Positions 23,435 through 34,357 of a stretch of 64,000 nt of DNA are shown here, piece after piece; the first letter of the stretch is position 1, and every line of letters begins with the position of its first letter. Where the stretch lies: assembly GCA_963819095.1 (NCBI GenBank), contig CAWFUO010000010.1, forward strand, positions 18,219-82,218. The letters are read 5' to 3'. The notes beneath the pieces were generated by a model. The model did no database searches. It was not told where the DNA came from and saw only the letters and a program-made list of their open reading frames with translations. The position numbers were made by a program, and so were the translations under genes. The DNA comes from Candidatus Dormiibacterota bacterium. Lineage in GTDB: Bacteria; Chloroflexota; Dormibacteria; Aeolococcales; Aeolococcaceae.

Positions 23435-23917
23435 GTGATACGAGAACCCGAGGTACTGGAGCGTAGTCAGGTAGTCGACCCGGGGCTTCTCATCGAGAGC
23501 GCCACTGAAGAAGTGCACGCCGCGCGTCGCAGGCACCGCCGCGAAGTCGTCGAGCGGACCCGTCTGCGCCGGCTCGTCGAGCGGGTCGACAGCGCCATCG
23601 AGCTTTGCGAGGAAACGCACCTCCAGGGCATCAAAGAAGTGCCGCCGGATGTCGCCGAACGGGCACACAAGGTCTTCATCTTCGCTCGCGGCGCGGTCCG
23701 CAAGACGGGCGACGTCGATGCGCTCTCCACAGTGGAGACCGCCCTCGCTCGCCGCCAGGTCAAGATCACCGAGGTCATGGACATCCTCTGGACGATCCAG
23801 GAGGTCGTCTTCGACCTGATGCTCCCGTGGCGCACTCAGCTTCCCGAAGACGTCGAACCCGAGGGCGACGAGGCGTCGCTGGTAGGTTTCTGGAGAGAGT
23901 TCCGCCTCCATCCGTGA
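23435..23917 (+). CDS. Hypothetical alpha-helical protein
   Basis: Coding-like high-GC3 ORF divergent from LysR; no recognisable family. Confidence 0.7.
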   Translation: MIREPEVLERSQVVDPGLLIESATEEVHAARRRHRREVVERTRLRRLVERVDSAIELCEETHLQGIKEVPPDVAERAHKVFIFARGAVRKTGDVDALSTVETALARRQVKITEVMDILWTIQEVVFDLMLPWRTQLPEDVEPEGDEASLVGFWREFRLHP

Positions 23918-23922
23918 CGCCC

Positions 23923-24106
23923 GCGACGGCGGCGCTGGGCCGGCCTCATACCGCGTCGCTTTGCGCTCCTCTCGAACGGCGACGGTGACGCTGGGCCGGC
24001 CTGATACGGCGTCGGCTTGCGCTCCTCGTTCGGACACGCACTAACGGTGCGCTCCCTCTCGGCGGTGCTCGCCTCCTTGTCTGAACTCGGCCCAGCGTCA
24101 CCTCGC
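23923..24106. repeat. Structured MITE/REP-like element with duplicated left arm
   Basis: About 56-bp imperfect tandem repeat (starts 23923 and 23979); 15-bp perfect IR GGTGACGCTGGGCCG (23984-23998) / CGGCCCAGCGTCACC (24088-24102). Confidence 0.6.
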
Positions 24107-24151
24107 TTTGTGTCTCGACGGATTGAACCCTTCTAACTGCAGAATCGCCCA

Positions 24152-25459
24152 ATGACTGAACGAGTAGCTGTTGATCGGATGGTGGTCACGGGGCATCGGA
24201 TTGATGTGCCGTTGGACTGGAACGAGCGTTCGGGGCCGACGATCAGCGTTCATGCTCGCGAGGTCGTGGCCGCCGAGCATGCGGATGATGGGAAATGGCC
24301 GGCGATCGTGTGGTTTCAGGGCGGCCCTGGACACGAGGTCGCGTTTCCCGACAACCGGGGGAGCTGGCTCGCGCAGCTGCTGACGCGGTATCGCGTGCTG
24401 CTGCTCGACCAGCGCGGCACGGGGTTGAGCACACCGCTCGAGGCGCGCTCGCTGCCGTTCTCCGACGCGTTTGCGCTGGCCGACTACCTGCGTCATTTCC
24501 GGCAGGACTCGATCGTCCGGGACGCGGATCGACTGCGCGCGACCCTGTACGGCGAGGACACCGACTGGTACGTGTTCGGACAGAGCTTCGGTGGGTTCTG
24601 CTCGCTGACGTATCTGTCGTCAATTCCCGAGCACGTGCGCGGTGTGATCATCACCGGCGGGTTCGCTCCGGTGTTGCATGAGGCCGAGGAGATCTGCACA
24701 CGGCTCTTCAACCATGTGGCCACGCGCAATGCCGAGTACTACGCGCGCTTTCCTGGAGACGCCGCACGCGTGCGGCGCATCGTCGACCATCTCGGGGCCG
24801 ACAATGACCGCGACGGGCGCGGACAGCGGCTCACCGCGCGCAGGTTCCTCATGCTCGGTGGCTATCTCGGGCATCAACACGGCGCCGCAGAGCTGCATGG
24901 TCTCGTGGAGCGTGCGGACAACGACCTCGAGCAGTTGCACCTGCTGAGCGGCCGGATCCACGACGAGGTTGCGGGAGTGATGTCACCGGCGAATCCCATC
25001 TACACGGTGCTGCACGAGGCGGAATACTCCGGCGGCCCCGCAACGCGATGGGCTGCGGAGCGCGCGCGCCTCGCCGATCCGCGTTTCGCGCTCGACGCGC
25101 AGCCCGCGCCGTATTTCACGGGCGAGGCGGTGTTTCCGTGGATGCTCGAGGAGCTCGGTGAGCTTCAGCCGCTGCGAGAAGCTGCCGACGTGCTGGCCAA
25201 CTACGAGGGCTGGACGCCGCTGTACGACATTCCGCGGTTGCGTGCCAATGCCGTTCCGGTTGTTGGCACCGTGTACTGGGATGACGAGTACGTGGAGCGC
25301 ACCATGGCGCTCGAGACGGTTTCGCTGCTCGGCAACTGCCGGCCGTGGATCACCAATGAGTACGAGCACGGTGGGTATCGCGTCGACCCTGCGCGTGTCG
25401 CCGAGCGGCTGTTCGCGATGCTGGACGATTTGACGGCGCGGTCGCCCGCGAGCTCGTGA
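24152..25459 (+). CDS. Proline iminopeptidase-like alpha/beta hydrolase
   Basis: FQGGPG, LLDQRGTGLS, GQSFGGF, TNEYEHGG. Confidence 0.88.
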   Translation: MTERVAVDRMVVTGHRIDVPLDWNERSGPTISVHAREVVAAEHADDGKWPAIVWFQGGPGHEVAFPDNRGSWLAQLLTRYRVLLLDQRGTGLSTPLEARSLPFSDAFALADYLRHFRQDSIVRDADRLRATLYGEDTDWYVFGQSFGGFCSLTYLSSIPEHVRGVIITGGFAPVLHEAEEICTRLFNHVATRNAEYYARFPGDAARVRRIVDHLGADNDRDGRGQRLTARRFLMLGGYLGHQHGAAELHGLVERADNDLEQLHLLSGRIHDEVAGVMSPANPIYTVLHEAEYSGGPATRWAAERARLADPRFALDAQPAPYFTGEAVFPWMLEELGELQPLREAADVLANYEGWTPLYDIPRLRANAVPVVGTVYWDDEYVERTMALETVSLLGNCRPWITNEYEHGGYRVDPARVAERLFAMLDDLTARSPASS

Positions 25460-25484
25460 TCTCGCCGCTCGTCAGGGTCAGCTG

Positions 25485-26484
25485 TCAGGAGAACGTGTAG
25501 TAGGGATTGGCGACGACGGCGTCAAAGTAGTAGGTGCCGCCGATGTTGTCCCAAAAGTTTGCCCACCCTGATCCATGCGCCCGGCAGGTGGCCGTTGTGC
25601 CCGCGGAATAGCTGGCTTTTACCGTCGTGATGCACTTCGCAAGCGTCTTGTGGGCTGGGTTCGTGATCGTCAGCGTTACGGTGGCTGTCCCGCTTCCCGC
25701 CTGTGTCTCGATGACGGCTTTGCCTGTGCATCCTGTGTCGTTGCAGACACCGAAGTTCACCGAGACGACGTAGAAGTACGGCGGCATGCTCGCGATGTCG
25801 GGCGTGACTGGATCCGTCGGGACCGTGACGGTCACGGGCGTGTTGAACTCGTTGAAGATGAAGTCGATGTTCGAGAAGTTGTCGACGAGCAGGTCAGCCG
25901 GCGTCGTGATCTCGAGGATGTTGTGCGGGCTCGCGTCGGTGAGAAAGATATTCCCTGTCGAGTTCCGTGAGCTCGGTCGCCGCGCGACCACTCGCGTCCT
26001 TGCCCGCCTTCTCGGTCATGTGCGAGCGCCCCGAGAGCAAGGTCGACTGCAAGCCGCCCGGGGTGATCAACTTGATGGCCGCGGCCGCTTCTGTTGAGCC
26101 GGGGCTCCGCCACCATGGCTGCGTCTTGAGGTTAGCGGCGATGTCGGCGAGGCTCGCCGGTAATTCCGGCGAGACGAATGACAGCGACTGGAAGTACGTG
26201 TAGCCTCCGGCATACACAAAAGGACCTTGCGAGTCGCCGATATTCAAGGTCCCGGTGATATCGCCGTTTTGCAGGATCGACGCGAGGATCGAACCTCCCA
26301 TGCCATTGATGGTGAAGGTGCCGGTGACCTGGCTCGACTTGAGCGCCATGAGTGCCTGCGTGCCCGCGGTGAGGAGCTTGGTCGGGGACACGGTGGGTGC
26401 GGCGGCCTTGGTTGCGCATCCCGCCAGGGCGAGTGCGAGGCCCGCTGCCCCTGCGATCAACCTCTTCGTCCCCAAGGCGTCCAT
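25485..26484 (-). CDS. Putative lipoprotein (apparent frameshift near 25960)
   Basis: Lipobox LAGC after signal peptide; joins ORFs 25894..26484 and 25485..25991. Confidence 0.65.
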
Positions 26485-26728
26485 GTCTTTCCCTTCTCCC
26501 CGGCGGGCCGTGCTGGCTTTAGGCGTGCGCAGACGGCGTGTCCCTCAGCAGAGCACGAATTGCTGCTCAGGAGTCGATTTGGGAGGCGCAGCGTGTGGTC
26601 CGGGCCTCGACATTCCATGTAGGTCGATGCGTTTCCCTGCACTCAGGGCCCGGCGGTCCGGTGTGCGTGATGCATCTGCGCGGCTGTAACTGTTGCGGCA
26701 GGGGCCCGTTGAAGGGGTGGAGGCAGAC

Positions 26729-27547
26729 ATGAAACGCAGAGCTATCGCGGGTGCTGCGATCGCGACTCTTGGCCTTGCAGCATGTGGGTCGACAGCCGCA
26801 CCGAGGGGAACTCCGACCCCCGCCACGACGGTCACGGCGATCCCTGCGCCGACAGCCACGGCCGTGGCGACTCCATCACCCACGCCCCTGCCGACTCCGT
26901 CAGCCACTCCCATACCGCCGTCGCCGACTCACTGGTGGCAGGCCGAGGGGAACGCCAACAACTCTGTCGGCATGGATGACGGAACACTCGTCGGCGTCAC
27001 GTTCGGTCCGGGTGTGTCTGGAACCGACCAGGCGTTCAGTTTTGGTGGAGCGGTGGATCAAGTCGTCTTTGACGCGGATGGCGGCAACCCTGGTACCGGT
27101 GACTTCACGTTCGCGTTCGCTATCAAGACGACCGCGGCAGGCCAGGAGCACGCCATATGGGAGGAGCGAGCACAGTGCGACTCCGACGGGACCAGCTTTT
27201 GGGGGTTCCGAATGCAGCCCAACGGGCGGGTCAACTTCGAGGCCCAGAATACGGTCGGCGAAGACTACATGGACCTGGGTTCCATGGCGTCGGTCAACGA
27301 TGGAGCGTGGCACTGGGTGGCCGTCACGCGACAGACAACCACGGCATCGCTGTATGTGGACGGCCAGCTTCAATCCACCACCACGACCGCAACAACCGCT
27401 GATATCTCGAAAAGCACCCCGATGCGGGCCGGTGTGAGCAGTTGTGATGGGGTCGACGGGACCAGCGCGCTCATGGGCCAACTGGACGAATTGATGATCT
27501 TCGCGGTCGCCCTCACCCAGCCGCAGATCCAGACCCTCGGGAGCTAA
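26729..27547 (+). CDS. Lipoprotein with Pro/Thr linker and LamG-like domain
   Basis: LAAC lipobox, PT-rich linker, VNDGAWHWVAVT, LYVDG, GQLDELMIF. Confidence 0.85.
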   Translation: MKRRAIAGAAIATLGLAACGSTAAPRGTPTPATTVTAIPAPTATAVATPSPTPLPTPSATPIPPSPTHWWQAEGNANNSVGMDDGTLVGVTFGPGVSGTDQAFSFGGAVDQVVFDADGGNPGTGDFTFAFAIKTTAAGQEHAIWEERAQCDSDGTSFWGFRMQPNGRVNFEAQNTVGEDYMDLGSMASVNDGAWHWVAVTRQTTTASLYVDGQLQSTTTTATTADISKSTPMRAGVSSCDGVDGTSALMGQLDELMIFAVALTQPQIQTLGS

Positions 27548-27595
27548 ACGTCACAGGAAAGCGCCTTCTTTCGTGGACACTCTGGGATCACGATC

Positions 27596-28369
27596 GTGAG
27601 CGATCCCACCACGAGCCATCAGGATGCGAGTCTCGAAGAAGGGAGCCCGAGGATGGATGATCAACCAGCCGGCGACGCGGGCGACACGGAAGCGCCGCCA
27701 GAATCGCGGCGAGACGGCCCGAGAACGGGGGAGTTCGTCACCGAGACGCTGCTCGAGTACGACGGTGGTCGGCGGGTCACGGTGTACGTGCCTCCGGATC
27801 CGCCCGAGGCAGTCATCTTCGCGGCTGACGGTCAGGGGTTCTCGCAGTGGGGCCGTCTCCTCGACGCGGCCGGCGTACCGCCCACGATGATCGTCGGCGT
27901 CCACGGGCTGACCGAAGAGATGCCGCGCCTTCATGAGTACTCGCCCGTCTTTGACGCGGAACGGTTCGCGGCACACGAGACGTTCTTCGTCGAGGACGTC
28001 CGGCGATGGGCGACGTCACGTTTCGGCGTGGCGCTCCCCGCCGAACGCACCGCGGTCTTCGGTTATTCGGCGGGAGGAGAGCTCGCACTCGCCCTTGGGT
28101 TGCGCCATCCGGACGTCTACGGTGCGGTCTTCTCCGGCTCGCCGGGCGGTGGGTACAAACCGCCTGACGAGATGCCGAGCACGCTTCCGCGCGCGCACCT
28201 CTTCGCCGGCACGCTGGAGCCGTTCTTCCTCGCCAACGCGACGCGGTGGGCGGTCGCCCTGCGCGACGCAGGCGCCGACGTCGTGATGACCGAGCGGGTC
28301 GTGTCGCACGGCTCCAAAGGGTGGCGGGCGGAGTTCCCGCTCATGGTGGCGTGGGCGTTTGGAGGCTGA
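27596..28369 (+). CDS. Putative esterase (Fes-like alpha/beta hydrolase)
   Basis: VTVYVPP, GYSAGG, HPDVYG, AGTLEPFF. Confidence 0.8.
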   Translation: MSDPTTSHQDASLEEGSPRMDDQPAGDAGDTEAPPESRRDGPRTGEFVTETLLEYDGGRRVTVYVPPDPPEAVIFAADGQGFSQWGRLLDAAGVPPTMIVGVHGLTEEMPRLHEYSPVFDAERFAAHETFFVEDVRRWATSRFGVALPAERTAVFGYSAGGELALALGLRHPDVYGAVFSGSPGGGYKPPDEMPSTLPRAHLFAGTLEPFFLANATRWAVALRDAGADVVMTERVVSHGSKGWRAEFPLMVAWAFGG

Positions 28370-28408
28370 GGCGCTCGCGTGCTTGCACCGGCGGCAGCGC
28401 GGTGACGC

Positions 28409-29872
28409 CTACGAGAAGTCCTTGAGCCGTCCCCACAACGCCGGCAGCGGCGCGTTGAGCGTGCAGAACGTCACCGGCGCGCCCAACTCGAGATTGACAA
28501 CGTCGTACGGGACAACGAGATGGCCGACGACTTTCGTCGACGTGCACATCCACGCAACATCCGACGGCGCGTAGCCGACCATGAGCGCGTCGGTGGCGGC
28601 GAGGTGGGGTGGAAGCCAGTACCAGTCGCTGAGCTGGGGGCTGAAGCTCGCCGGGAGCAGGTTCGGATTGCCAAAGATCTGCAGCGCCCCGTCCACGCCG
28701 TAGTCCGATGACACGATGACAGTGGTTGCGCGTTCTGATGCGGGGAGTGCTTGATAGATCGAGGTCATCTGATCGGTGATCTGCGGCCATCCGACAGTCG
28801 ATGCAAGATCCGAATCCTCGGTGTCAAGTCCGGTCGCATGCAGGCGATCAGGGGGCGTCGTCGGGATGGTGATCTTCGCCAAAGCCACCAGGTCCAAGAA
28901 ACTCGCGACCACGACGGCGCCCATCAGCACCGATCGAAGTCGCGGACGCCGGACATGCGAGAGCGCAACAAGACCGGCAGCCATGACGATCGGGATGGTC
29001 GGGCCTGGGTAGTAGTACTTCCCGACGAAGAGATACACCACCGTCGGAGTGACACACGCAATCGCGATGGGGCGGAGCCGCGGCGTGCGGAAGAGGCTGA
29101 TGAATCCGGCGATCCACAGCGGCGTCAGCAGGGCAAGAAGCAAGAGGAAGTAGACGACGAAGTTGAGAACTCCTCCTCCGGATTGAATGTCTCCCTGATG
29201 GTTGGAGATGTACGTGACAGTGGGAAATTCGTTGGCGATCTGCCACACGACATTCGGCGCCCAGATGACGAGCATCAGCACGCCGCCGATCCACGGATAC
29301 TTCGTCCGGAGATCGTCCCGGAGCGACGGTGTGAGGAGAGTCGCGATACCGATGCCGAGGATGAGCGGCAGCACGAGGTACTTGATCTCCAGGTCGATGC
29401 CGAGCGCGATGCCGAGCAGGATCCACAGACGTGGCTTTCGATCGAGAACGATGGCGAGAAAGCAGTACAGCGAGAGCATCCACGCGACCTGGTCGAAGAT
29501 CACGGTCTGAAAGAGCCAGGTGCCGAGGATGAGCGGCTCGGTGAGACCGGCCAGCAGCGCCAGTGCCTGAAAAGCGAGTGATCCCCCGAGCTTGCGGACG
29601 TACAGGCCACAGAGGATCACGTTGACCCCGCCGAGCAACGCCGGGATGAGGCGGAGCGTCCATGGGGTGACTCCCAGCACGGCCGTCTCGAGCCGGCCGA
29701 TCAGCGGAACAACGGGTGGGTAATCGACGTACCCGAACGCAAGATGCCGCCCACTTGCCAGGTAATAGAGCTCATCGATGTGGAACCCGAGGACGTTGTT
29801 GGTCGCGAGGTGGATCGCGATCAGGCAGATAGCGGCGATGCCGTATACGAGGAAGGTCGGAACTCGCGGCAC
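28409..29872 (-). CDS. GT-C glycosyltransferase (family 39 / ArnT-like)
   Basis: GFHIDELYY...HLAFGYVDYPP, multiple TM helices, KY motif, WAPNVVWQ. Confidence 0.85.
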   Translation of the reverse strand: MPRVPTFLVYGIAAICLIAIHLATNNVLGFHIDELYYLASGRHLAFGYVDYPPVVPLIGRLETAVLGVTPWTLRLIPALLGGVNVILCGLYVRKLGGSLAFQALALLAGLTEPLILGTWLFQTVIFDQVAWMLSLYCFLAIVLDRKPRLWILLGIALGIDLEIKYLVLPLILGIGIATLLTPSLRDDLRTKYPWIGGVLMLVIWAPNVVWQIANEFPTVTYISNHQGDIQSGGGVLNFVVYFLLLLALLTPLWIAGFISLFRTPRLRPIAIACVTPTVVYLFVGKYYYPGPTIPIVMAAGLVALSHVRRPRLRSVLMGAVVVASFLDLVALAKITIPTTPPDRLHATGLDTEDSDLASTVGWPQITDQMTSIYQALPASERATTVIVSSDYGVDGALQIFGNPNLLPASFSPQLSDWYWLPPHLAATDALMVGYAPSDVAWMCTSTKVVGHLVVPYDVVNLELGAPVTFCTLNAPLPALWGRLKDFS

Positions 29873-29888
29873 GAGGGAAGAGCGCACC

Positions 29889-32762
29889 TTACTCGTCGGC
29901 GAGTGCGGCAGCACGGCCCTCGTCGCACACGGTTCTGAAGTCGCATCGCTGGCACTGCCAGCGCGACGGCTTTGGCGGGAACGAGCCGGTGCTCGAGGCC
30001 ATGGCGAGCTCGCGTGCCGTTGCCGACAGATGGCCGTGCGCCCTGCGCAGAAACGCCTTGTCGGCGATGACGCGGGTGACGGCGCCCTGCAGATAGTGAA
30101 ACTCGACGGCGACCTCCTGCACCTGCTCGCGCTGCGCGAGCCCGACGGCGTACGCGCGCAGCTGCAGGTCGGCACGCAGCGCGCTCTCCTCCTTCGGCCG
30201 TCCCGTCTTGTAGTCGACGACGGTCGGAATCCCGTCGAAGCGCGTATCCACGCGATCGAAGCGGCCCGCCGCATCGGCGTGGTCGAGGCTGATCGTGATG
30301 GGTTCTTCGACACCCCTGATGTTGGTGTCCGTCCAACCAGGTGACGTGAGATAGCGGCGGAGCTGCTCATCGCCGTGGGCGCGAAGCTCTGCATGCCGCC
30401 CCTTGGGGCCGTGCGACTGTTCCCACGCGTCGTGCCACATCGCCGCGACGCTGTCCGGGCTGACAATCTCGCCGGCCATTCGCTGAGTCGCAGCGGAGCG
30501 CAGCACCTCGTGGATCAGTGTTCCGTACCAGCTGCGCGCGTCGACGCGCACCGGTAGGTGCCAGCGACGCTGGTAGTTGTAGCGGCGCGGGCAGCTCCGG
30601 AACACACCCAGGTCCGACACCGCGATCGCAAGCCGCTGCAGCACCGGAGTCCCTGCAGGACGTGGGGAACGGAGTGCAATCGTGCTATCCGCGGCGACCT
30701 CCTTGGCAATGATCTCGCCGCGGAACGACATCGCCTGGGTGAGAAAGGGCGTGCACGCCTCATCACTCGAGGGCTGCGGGTACGAGCGCGCCCACGTGTA
30801 GATGAGCCGGTCCCGCGCACGTGTGGAGGCCACGTAGAACAGACGTCGCTCCTCGTCGACAGCATGGTCTCCTGGTGGTGGTGGTTCCGGCACCAGATCG
30901 TCGGGGAGCTGCAGGTCGAATGAGGAGCTCGTGCGTCCCTGCCAGCGGCGCTCGGTGCACCGCGACAGGATGACCACGGGCCACTCGAGCCCCTTCGACC
31001 CATGCGCCGTGAGCAGCACGACGCCATCCTCGATCGGCTCGATGCTCGCGAGCTCGCCGGCATCGCGGCTGTCGCGCAGCACGCTGAGATAGCGAAGCGT
31101 TGTGCTGACGCGCCGGTCATCGCTCCAGTCGGCGAACGCCTCGAGCAGCTCACCGAGCTTGTTCAGGTTGGCGCCCATCTGCAGGCGCGCGACACCTGAC
31201 TGCTCATCAACGATCCCGAGAAATCCACTGGCTTCGAGCGCGAGCTGGAAGAGATCGCGGACGTCCTCCCGCTGTGACGCCGCATGAAGCTCGTGAATGT
31301 CCGCGACGCAACGCTGTGCCGCCGCAACGTCTGCAGCATCGAGTCCGTCAATTGCGGCGTCGACGATTAGCTGCGACAGCGACAGGTCGTGCTCGTGCGC
31401 GGCCCGCACGAGCGCGACGCGTCCGCCCGTGCTGACGCCCCATTCGGGCAGTGTCAGACAGCGGAGCACCGCCTGCCCGTCGTCGGGATCGTCGATGGCG
31501 GCGAGCAGCGCCAGGGCATCTTTGATCTCGCGCTCCTGAAAGAACCCGCGACCCCCGGAGACCTGGTACGGCACGCCGCACTGGCGGAGCGCACGCATTG
31601 CGGGTTGCATGTCGATGTGCTGGCGGAACAGCCACGCGATATCGGCGGGTCGCGTGCCGGCGGTGATGAGGCGTGCGCACTCCCGTGCGACCGCCATGGC
31701 CTCGCTTCGTTCATCGGGCGCCTGCCACACCTCGACGGCGACGCCGTCGCCCCGGTCGGCGACGAGGTGCTTCTCGATGCGCGTCGCGGGGCTCGCCACC
31801 GAGATCACCGCCCGCGAGGCGGTGACGATCTGGTCGGTGCTGCGGTAGTTGTGCGTGAGCACGAGCTGGCGGTGCTCCGGATACTCGCGCGAGAAACGGT
31901 CGAGGTTGGCGCGGCTCGCGCCCCGGAACTTGTAGATCGACTGGTCGTCGTCCGCGACCACAAACAGGTTCCTATGGCTCGACACCAGAGTCTCGACCAG
32001 CTTGGCCTGCGCATAGTTGGTGTCCTGGTACTCGTCGACCATCACGTGGGTGATGCGATCGGCGATCGCGCTCCGGGCCGCGGGCTGTTCACGAATGAGA
32101 CGCTCGGCATAGAGGATGCAGTCGTCGAAGTCGAACACACCCGCGCGGCGATAGCGTTCGTCGAGGCGCGCATAGACGCGTGCGACGTCGGCGTGGCGCT
32201 CGAGGACGATGCGCTCCGCCGGGTCTTCCGACGTCTCGAGCCGGGAAGACGCCCACGCCGCATATGCGTCCGGCGTGACCAGTTCCTGCTTGGCGGTGGC
32301 GATGATGTCGAGCAGCGGGTCCATGAGGTCGTGTGGGCGCAACGGATTCCAGAGCAGCGCGGGCCGCAGCTCGTCGAGCACCGCCTCGACGTGCAGCCAC
32401 CGCTCGGCCGCGTCGGCGATGCGCAGCACGGGCGAGATCCCAAGCAGCCATCCCCATTCGCGAACGACGCGCAGGGCAAACGAGTGGTAGTTGGTGAGCG
32501 GGGCATCGTCGGCGAAACCGCCATGCGCACGCTCGACGCGCACGCGCATCTCGTCGGCAGCCTTGCGCGTGTACGTCAGCACGAGCTGGTGCCCGGCGCC
32601 ACCTGCCGATAGGCGGTGGAATCGCTCGACGATGATTCGCGTCTTCCCGCTCCCCGGCCCGGCGATCACGAGGCAGGGGCCGTCCCCATGCTCAACGGCG
32701 ATGCGCTGCTCAGCGTCGAGCGCGGCGTCCGGGCGACTGTCAGGCGGCGCCGTGGCGGTCAT
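29889..32762 (-). CDS. UvrD/PcrA-type helicase fused to a PD-(D/E)xK nuclease (AddA/AdnAB-like)
   Basis: [47 protein letters not shown]; GRFDRVD...VVDYKTG; CPRRY and [10 protein letters not shown]. Confidence 0.9.
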   Translation of the reverse strand: MTATAPPDSRPDAALDAEQRIAVEHGDGPCLVIAGPGSGKTRIIVERFHRLSAGGAGHQLVLTYTRKAADEMRVRVERAHGGFADDAPLTNYHSFALRVVREWGWLLGISPVLRIADAAERWLHVEAVLDELRPALLWNPLRPHDLMDPLLDIIATAKQELVTPDAYAAWASSRLETSEDPAERIVLERHADVARVYARLDERYRRAGVFDFDDCILYAERLIREQPAARSAIADRITHVMVDEYQDTNYAQAKLVETLVSSHRNLFVVADDDQSIYKFRGASRANLDRFSREYPEHRQLVLTHNYRSTDQIVTASRAVISVASPATRIEKHLVADRGDGVAVEVWQAPDERSEAMAVARECARLITAGTRPADIAWLFRQHIDMQPAMRALRQCGVPYQVSGGRGFFQEREIKDALALLAAIDDPDDGQAVLRCLTLPEWGVSTGGRVALVRAAHEHDLSLSQLIVDAAIDGLDAADVAAAQRCVADIHELHAASQREDVRDLFQLALEASGFLGIVDEQSGVARLQMGANLNKLGELLEAFADWSDDRRVSTTLRYLSVLRDSRDAGELASIEPIEDGVVLLTAHGSKGLEWPVVILSRCTERRWQGRTSSSFDLQLPDDLVPEPPPPGDHAVDEERRLFYVASTRARDRLIYTWARSYPQPSSDEACTPFLTQAMSFRGEIIAKEVAADSTIALRSPRPAGTPVLQRLAIAVSDLGVFRSCPRRYNYQRRWHLPVRVDARSWYGTLIHEVLRSAATQRMAGEIVSPDSVAAMWHDAWEQSHGPKGRHAELRAHGDEQLRRYLTSPGWTDTNIRGVEEPITISLDHADAAGRFDRVDTRFDGIPTVVDYKTGRPKEESALRADLQLRAYAVGLAQREQVQEVAVEFHYLQGAVTRVIADKAFLRRAHGHLSATARELAMASSTGSFPPKPSRWQCQRCDFRTVCDEGRAAALADE

Positions 32763-32825
32763 CGCTGTCGATTCTGGGCCGACCCGGCGACAGCAGGATG
32801 TCGCCACCGGCGGACAATCTCCCCC

Positions 32826-33621
32826 GTGCACCCTGACTCCGCGCCGGTCACCGCCTCGATGCCCGCTCTGGCGGAAGCGCTGCCCTGGCTGCGCCACGCC
32901 CAGCGCATCCTCGTCTTCACCGGCGCCGGCATCTCCACCGAGTCCGGCATCCCCGACTTCCGCGGGCCGAACGGCGTCTGGAAGACCACCGACCCCAACC
33001 GCTACACGATCCAGAGCTACGTGAGCGACCCGGCGGTGCGCGTCGAGCGATGGCGGGCCCGTCTGGAGGGGCGATTCTCCAGCGCGGAGCCCGAATCCTG
33101 CCCACCTGGCGATCACCCGGCTCCAGCGCGCCGGCCTCGCGCCCGTGGTGGTGACCCAGAACATCGACGGGCTCCATCAGAAGGCTGGGACGGTGAATGT
33201 CATCGAGCTCCACGGGACCTCCACCGAGGCCACCTGCCTCGACTGCAGCCGCCGGATGCCGATCGATGCCGTGCTCGACCGGGTGCGCGAGGGCGACGAG
33301 GACCCTCACTGCGAGCTCTGCGGCGGCCTGCTCAAGACGGCGACGATCAGCTTCGGCCAGCCGCTGGTGGCGGCCGACGTGGACCGGGCGATCGAGGAGG
33401 CGCGCCGCTGCGATGCCTGTCTCGCTGTCGGGTCGACGCTGTCGGTCTGGCCGGCGGCGGGCGTTCCCGTGGAGGCGGTCCGGCACGGCGCCAGGCTCGT
33501 GATCGTCAACGAGGGCAGCACTGACCTGGACGGGATGGCCAGCGTCATCCTGCCGGGCAAAGCGGGCACCGTGATGACTCAACTGGCGGCCGGGCTCCTT
33601 GGCGCTGAGGACTCAAGGTAG
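32826..33621 (+). CDS. cobB: NAD-dependent sirtuin deacylase (apparent frameshift near 33095)
   Basis: [33 protein letters not shown], two CxxC, GSTL. Confidence 0.9.
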
Positions 33622-33687
33622 AATTCAAGGTCCGCGTCAGTGAGGCGCGGGTCCAGGCCGAAAGGCAGAAAGGAGGTGATTCCGACC

Positions 33688-33870
33688 GTGTCGGAAGTGA
33701 AGGTCCGCGAAGGCGAGACCTTTGAGAGCGCGCTACGACGGTTCAACAAGAAGATCAAGCAGAACGGCATCCTCTCCGAGGTTCGCAGACGCGAGCACTA
33801 CGAGAAGCCGTCCGTGCGCCGCAAGCGAAAGCTGCTTGCAGCGCGGAAGCGTCGCGTCAAGAGCACCTGA
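33688..33870 (+). CDS. rpsU: 30S ribosomal protein S21
   Basis: [11 protein letters not shown]...[16 protein letters not shown]; AGGAGGT RBS. Confidence 0.96.
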   Translation: MSEVKVREGETFESALRRFNKKIKQNGILSEVRRREHYEKPSVRRKRKLLAARKRRVKST

Positions 33871-33901
33871 CGCAGCTGCGTCTTCTGCACCCTGTGCGTC
33901 C

Positions 33902-34357
33902 ATGCGGGTGACCGTCATCCGCGATTCGTGCCTCAGCCCGCGGCAGCGTCGTGTTGTCGCGGAGGCACGCCTCGGGCCGTTGCTGCGCGCCTCCGGTGAC
34001 CAGCTCGACGTCCCGGTGCGGGCGAGCCTGTCCGTTCGCCTGACCGGTGACGCGGAGCTCCAGGATCTCAATGCGCGATTTCTTGGCGTCGACGCGCCCA
34101 CCGACGTGCTCGCGTTCCCCGGGGATGAGCGTGCCCGCGTGGGGGACGTCGCCATCTCGGTGGAGCGCGCCATGAACCAGGCTGCCGACGGGGTGGCCGA
34201 GCTGCGCCTGCTCGCGGTCCACGGGCTGCTCCACTGCCTGGGTCATGACCACGCGCTTCCCGGGCCGGCGGCGGCGATGACCGCGGCGACGCGGAGGCTG
34301 CTGCCCGGCGCCGACATCCCGGATCTCCAGGTCGCCGGCGCCGCAGGGCCGGTGTGA
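33902..34357 (+). CDS. ybeY: rRNA maturation RNase YbeY
   Basis: LNARF...PTDVLAFP...GDVAIS...HGLLHCLGHDH. Confidence 0.92.
   Translation: MRVTVIRDSCLSPRQRRVVAEARLGPLLRASGDQLDVPVRASLSVRLTGDAELQDLNARFLGVDAPTDVLAFPGDERARVGDVAISVERAMNQAADGVAELRLLAVHGLLHCLGHDHALPGPAAAMTAATRRLLPGADIPDLQVAGAAGPV

Noticed and set aside
23923-24030. Possible mini CRISPR array
   Set aside because: Only two degenerate adjacent units, no unique spacers, no cas genes
29889-33621. Sir2 plus helicase-nuclease as an anti-phage defence system
   Set aside because: The sirtuin is a canonical Zn-binding CobB type and is transcribed divergently; the context is housekeeping
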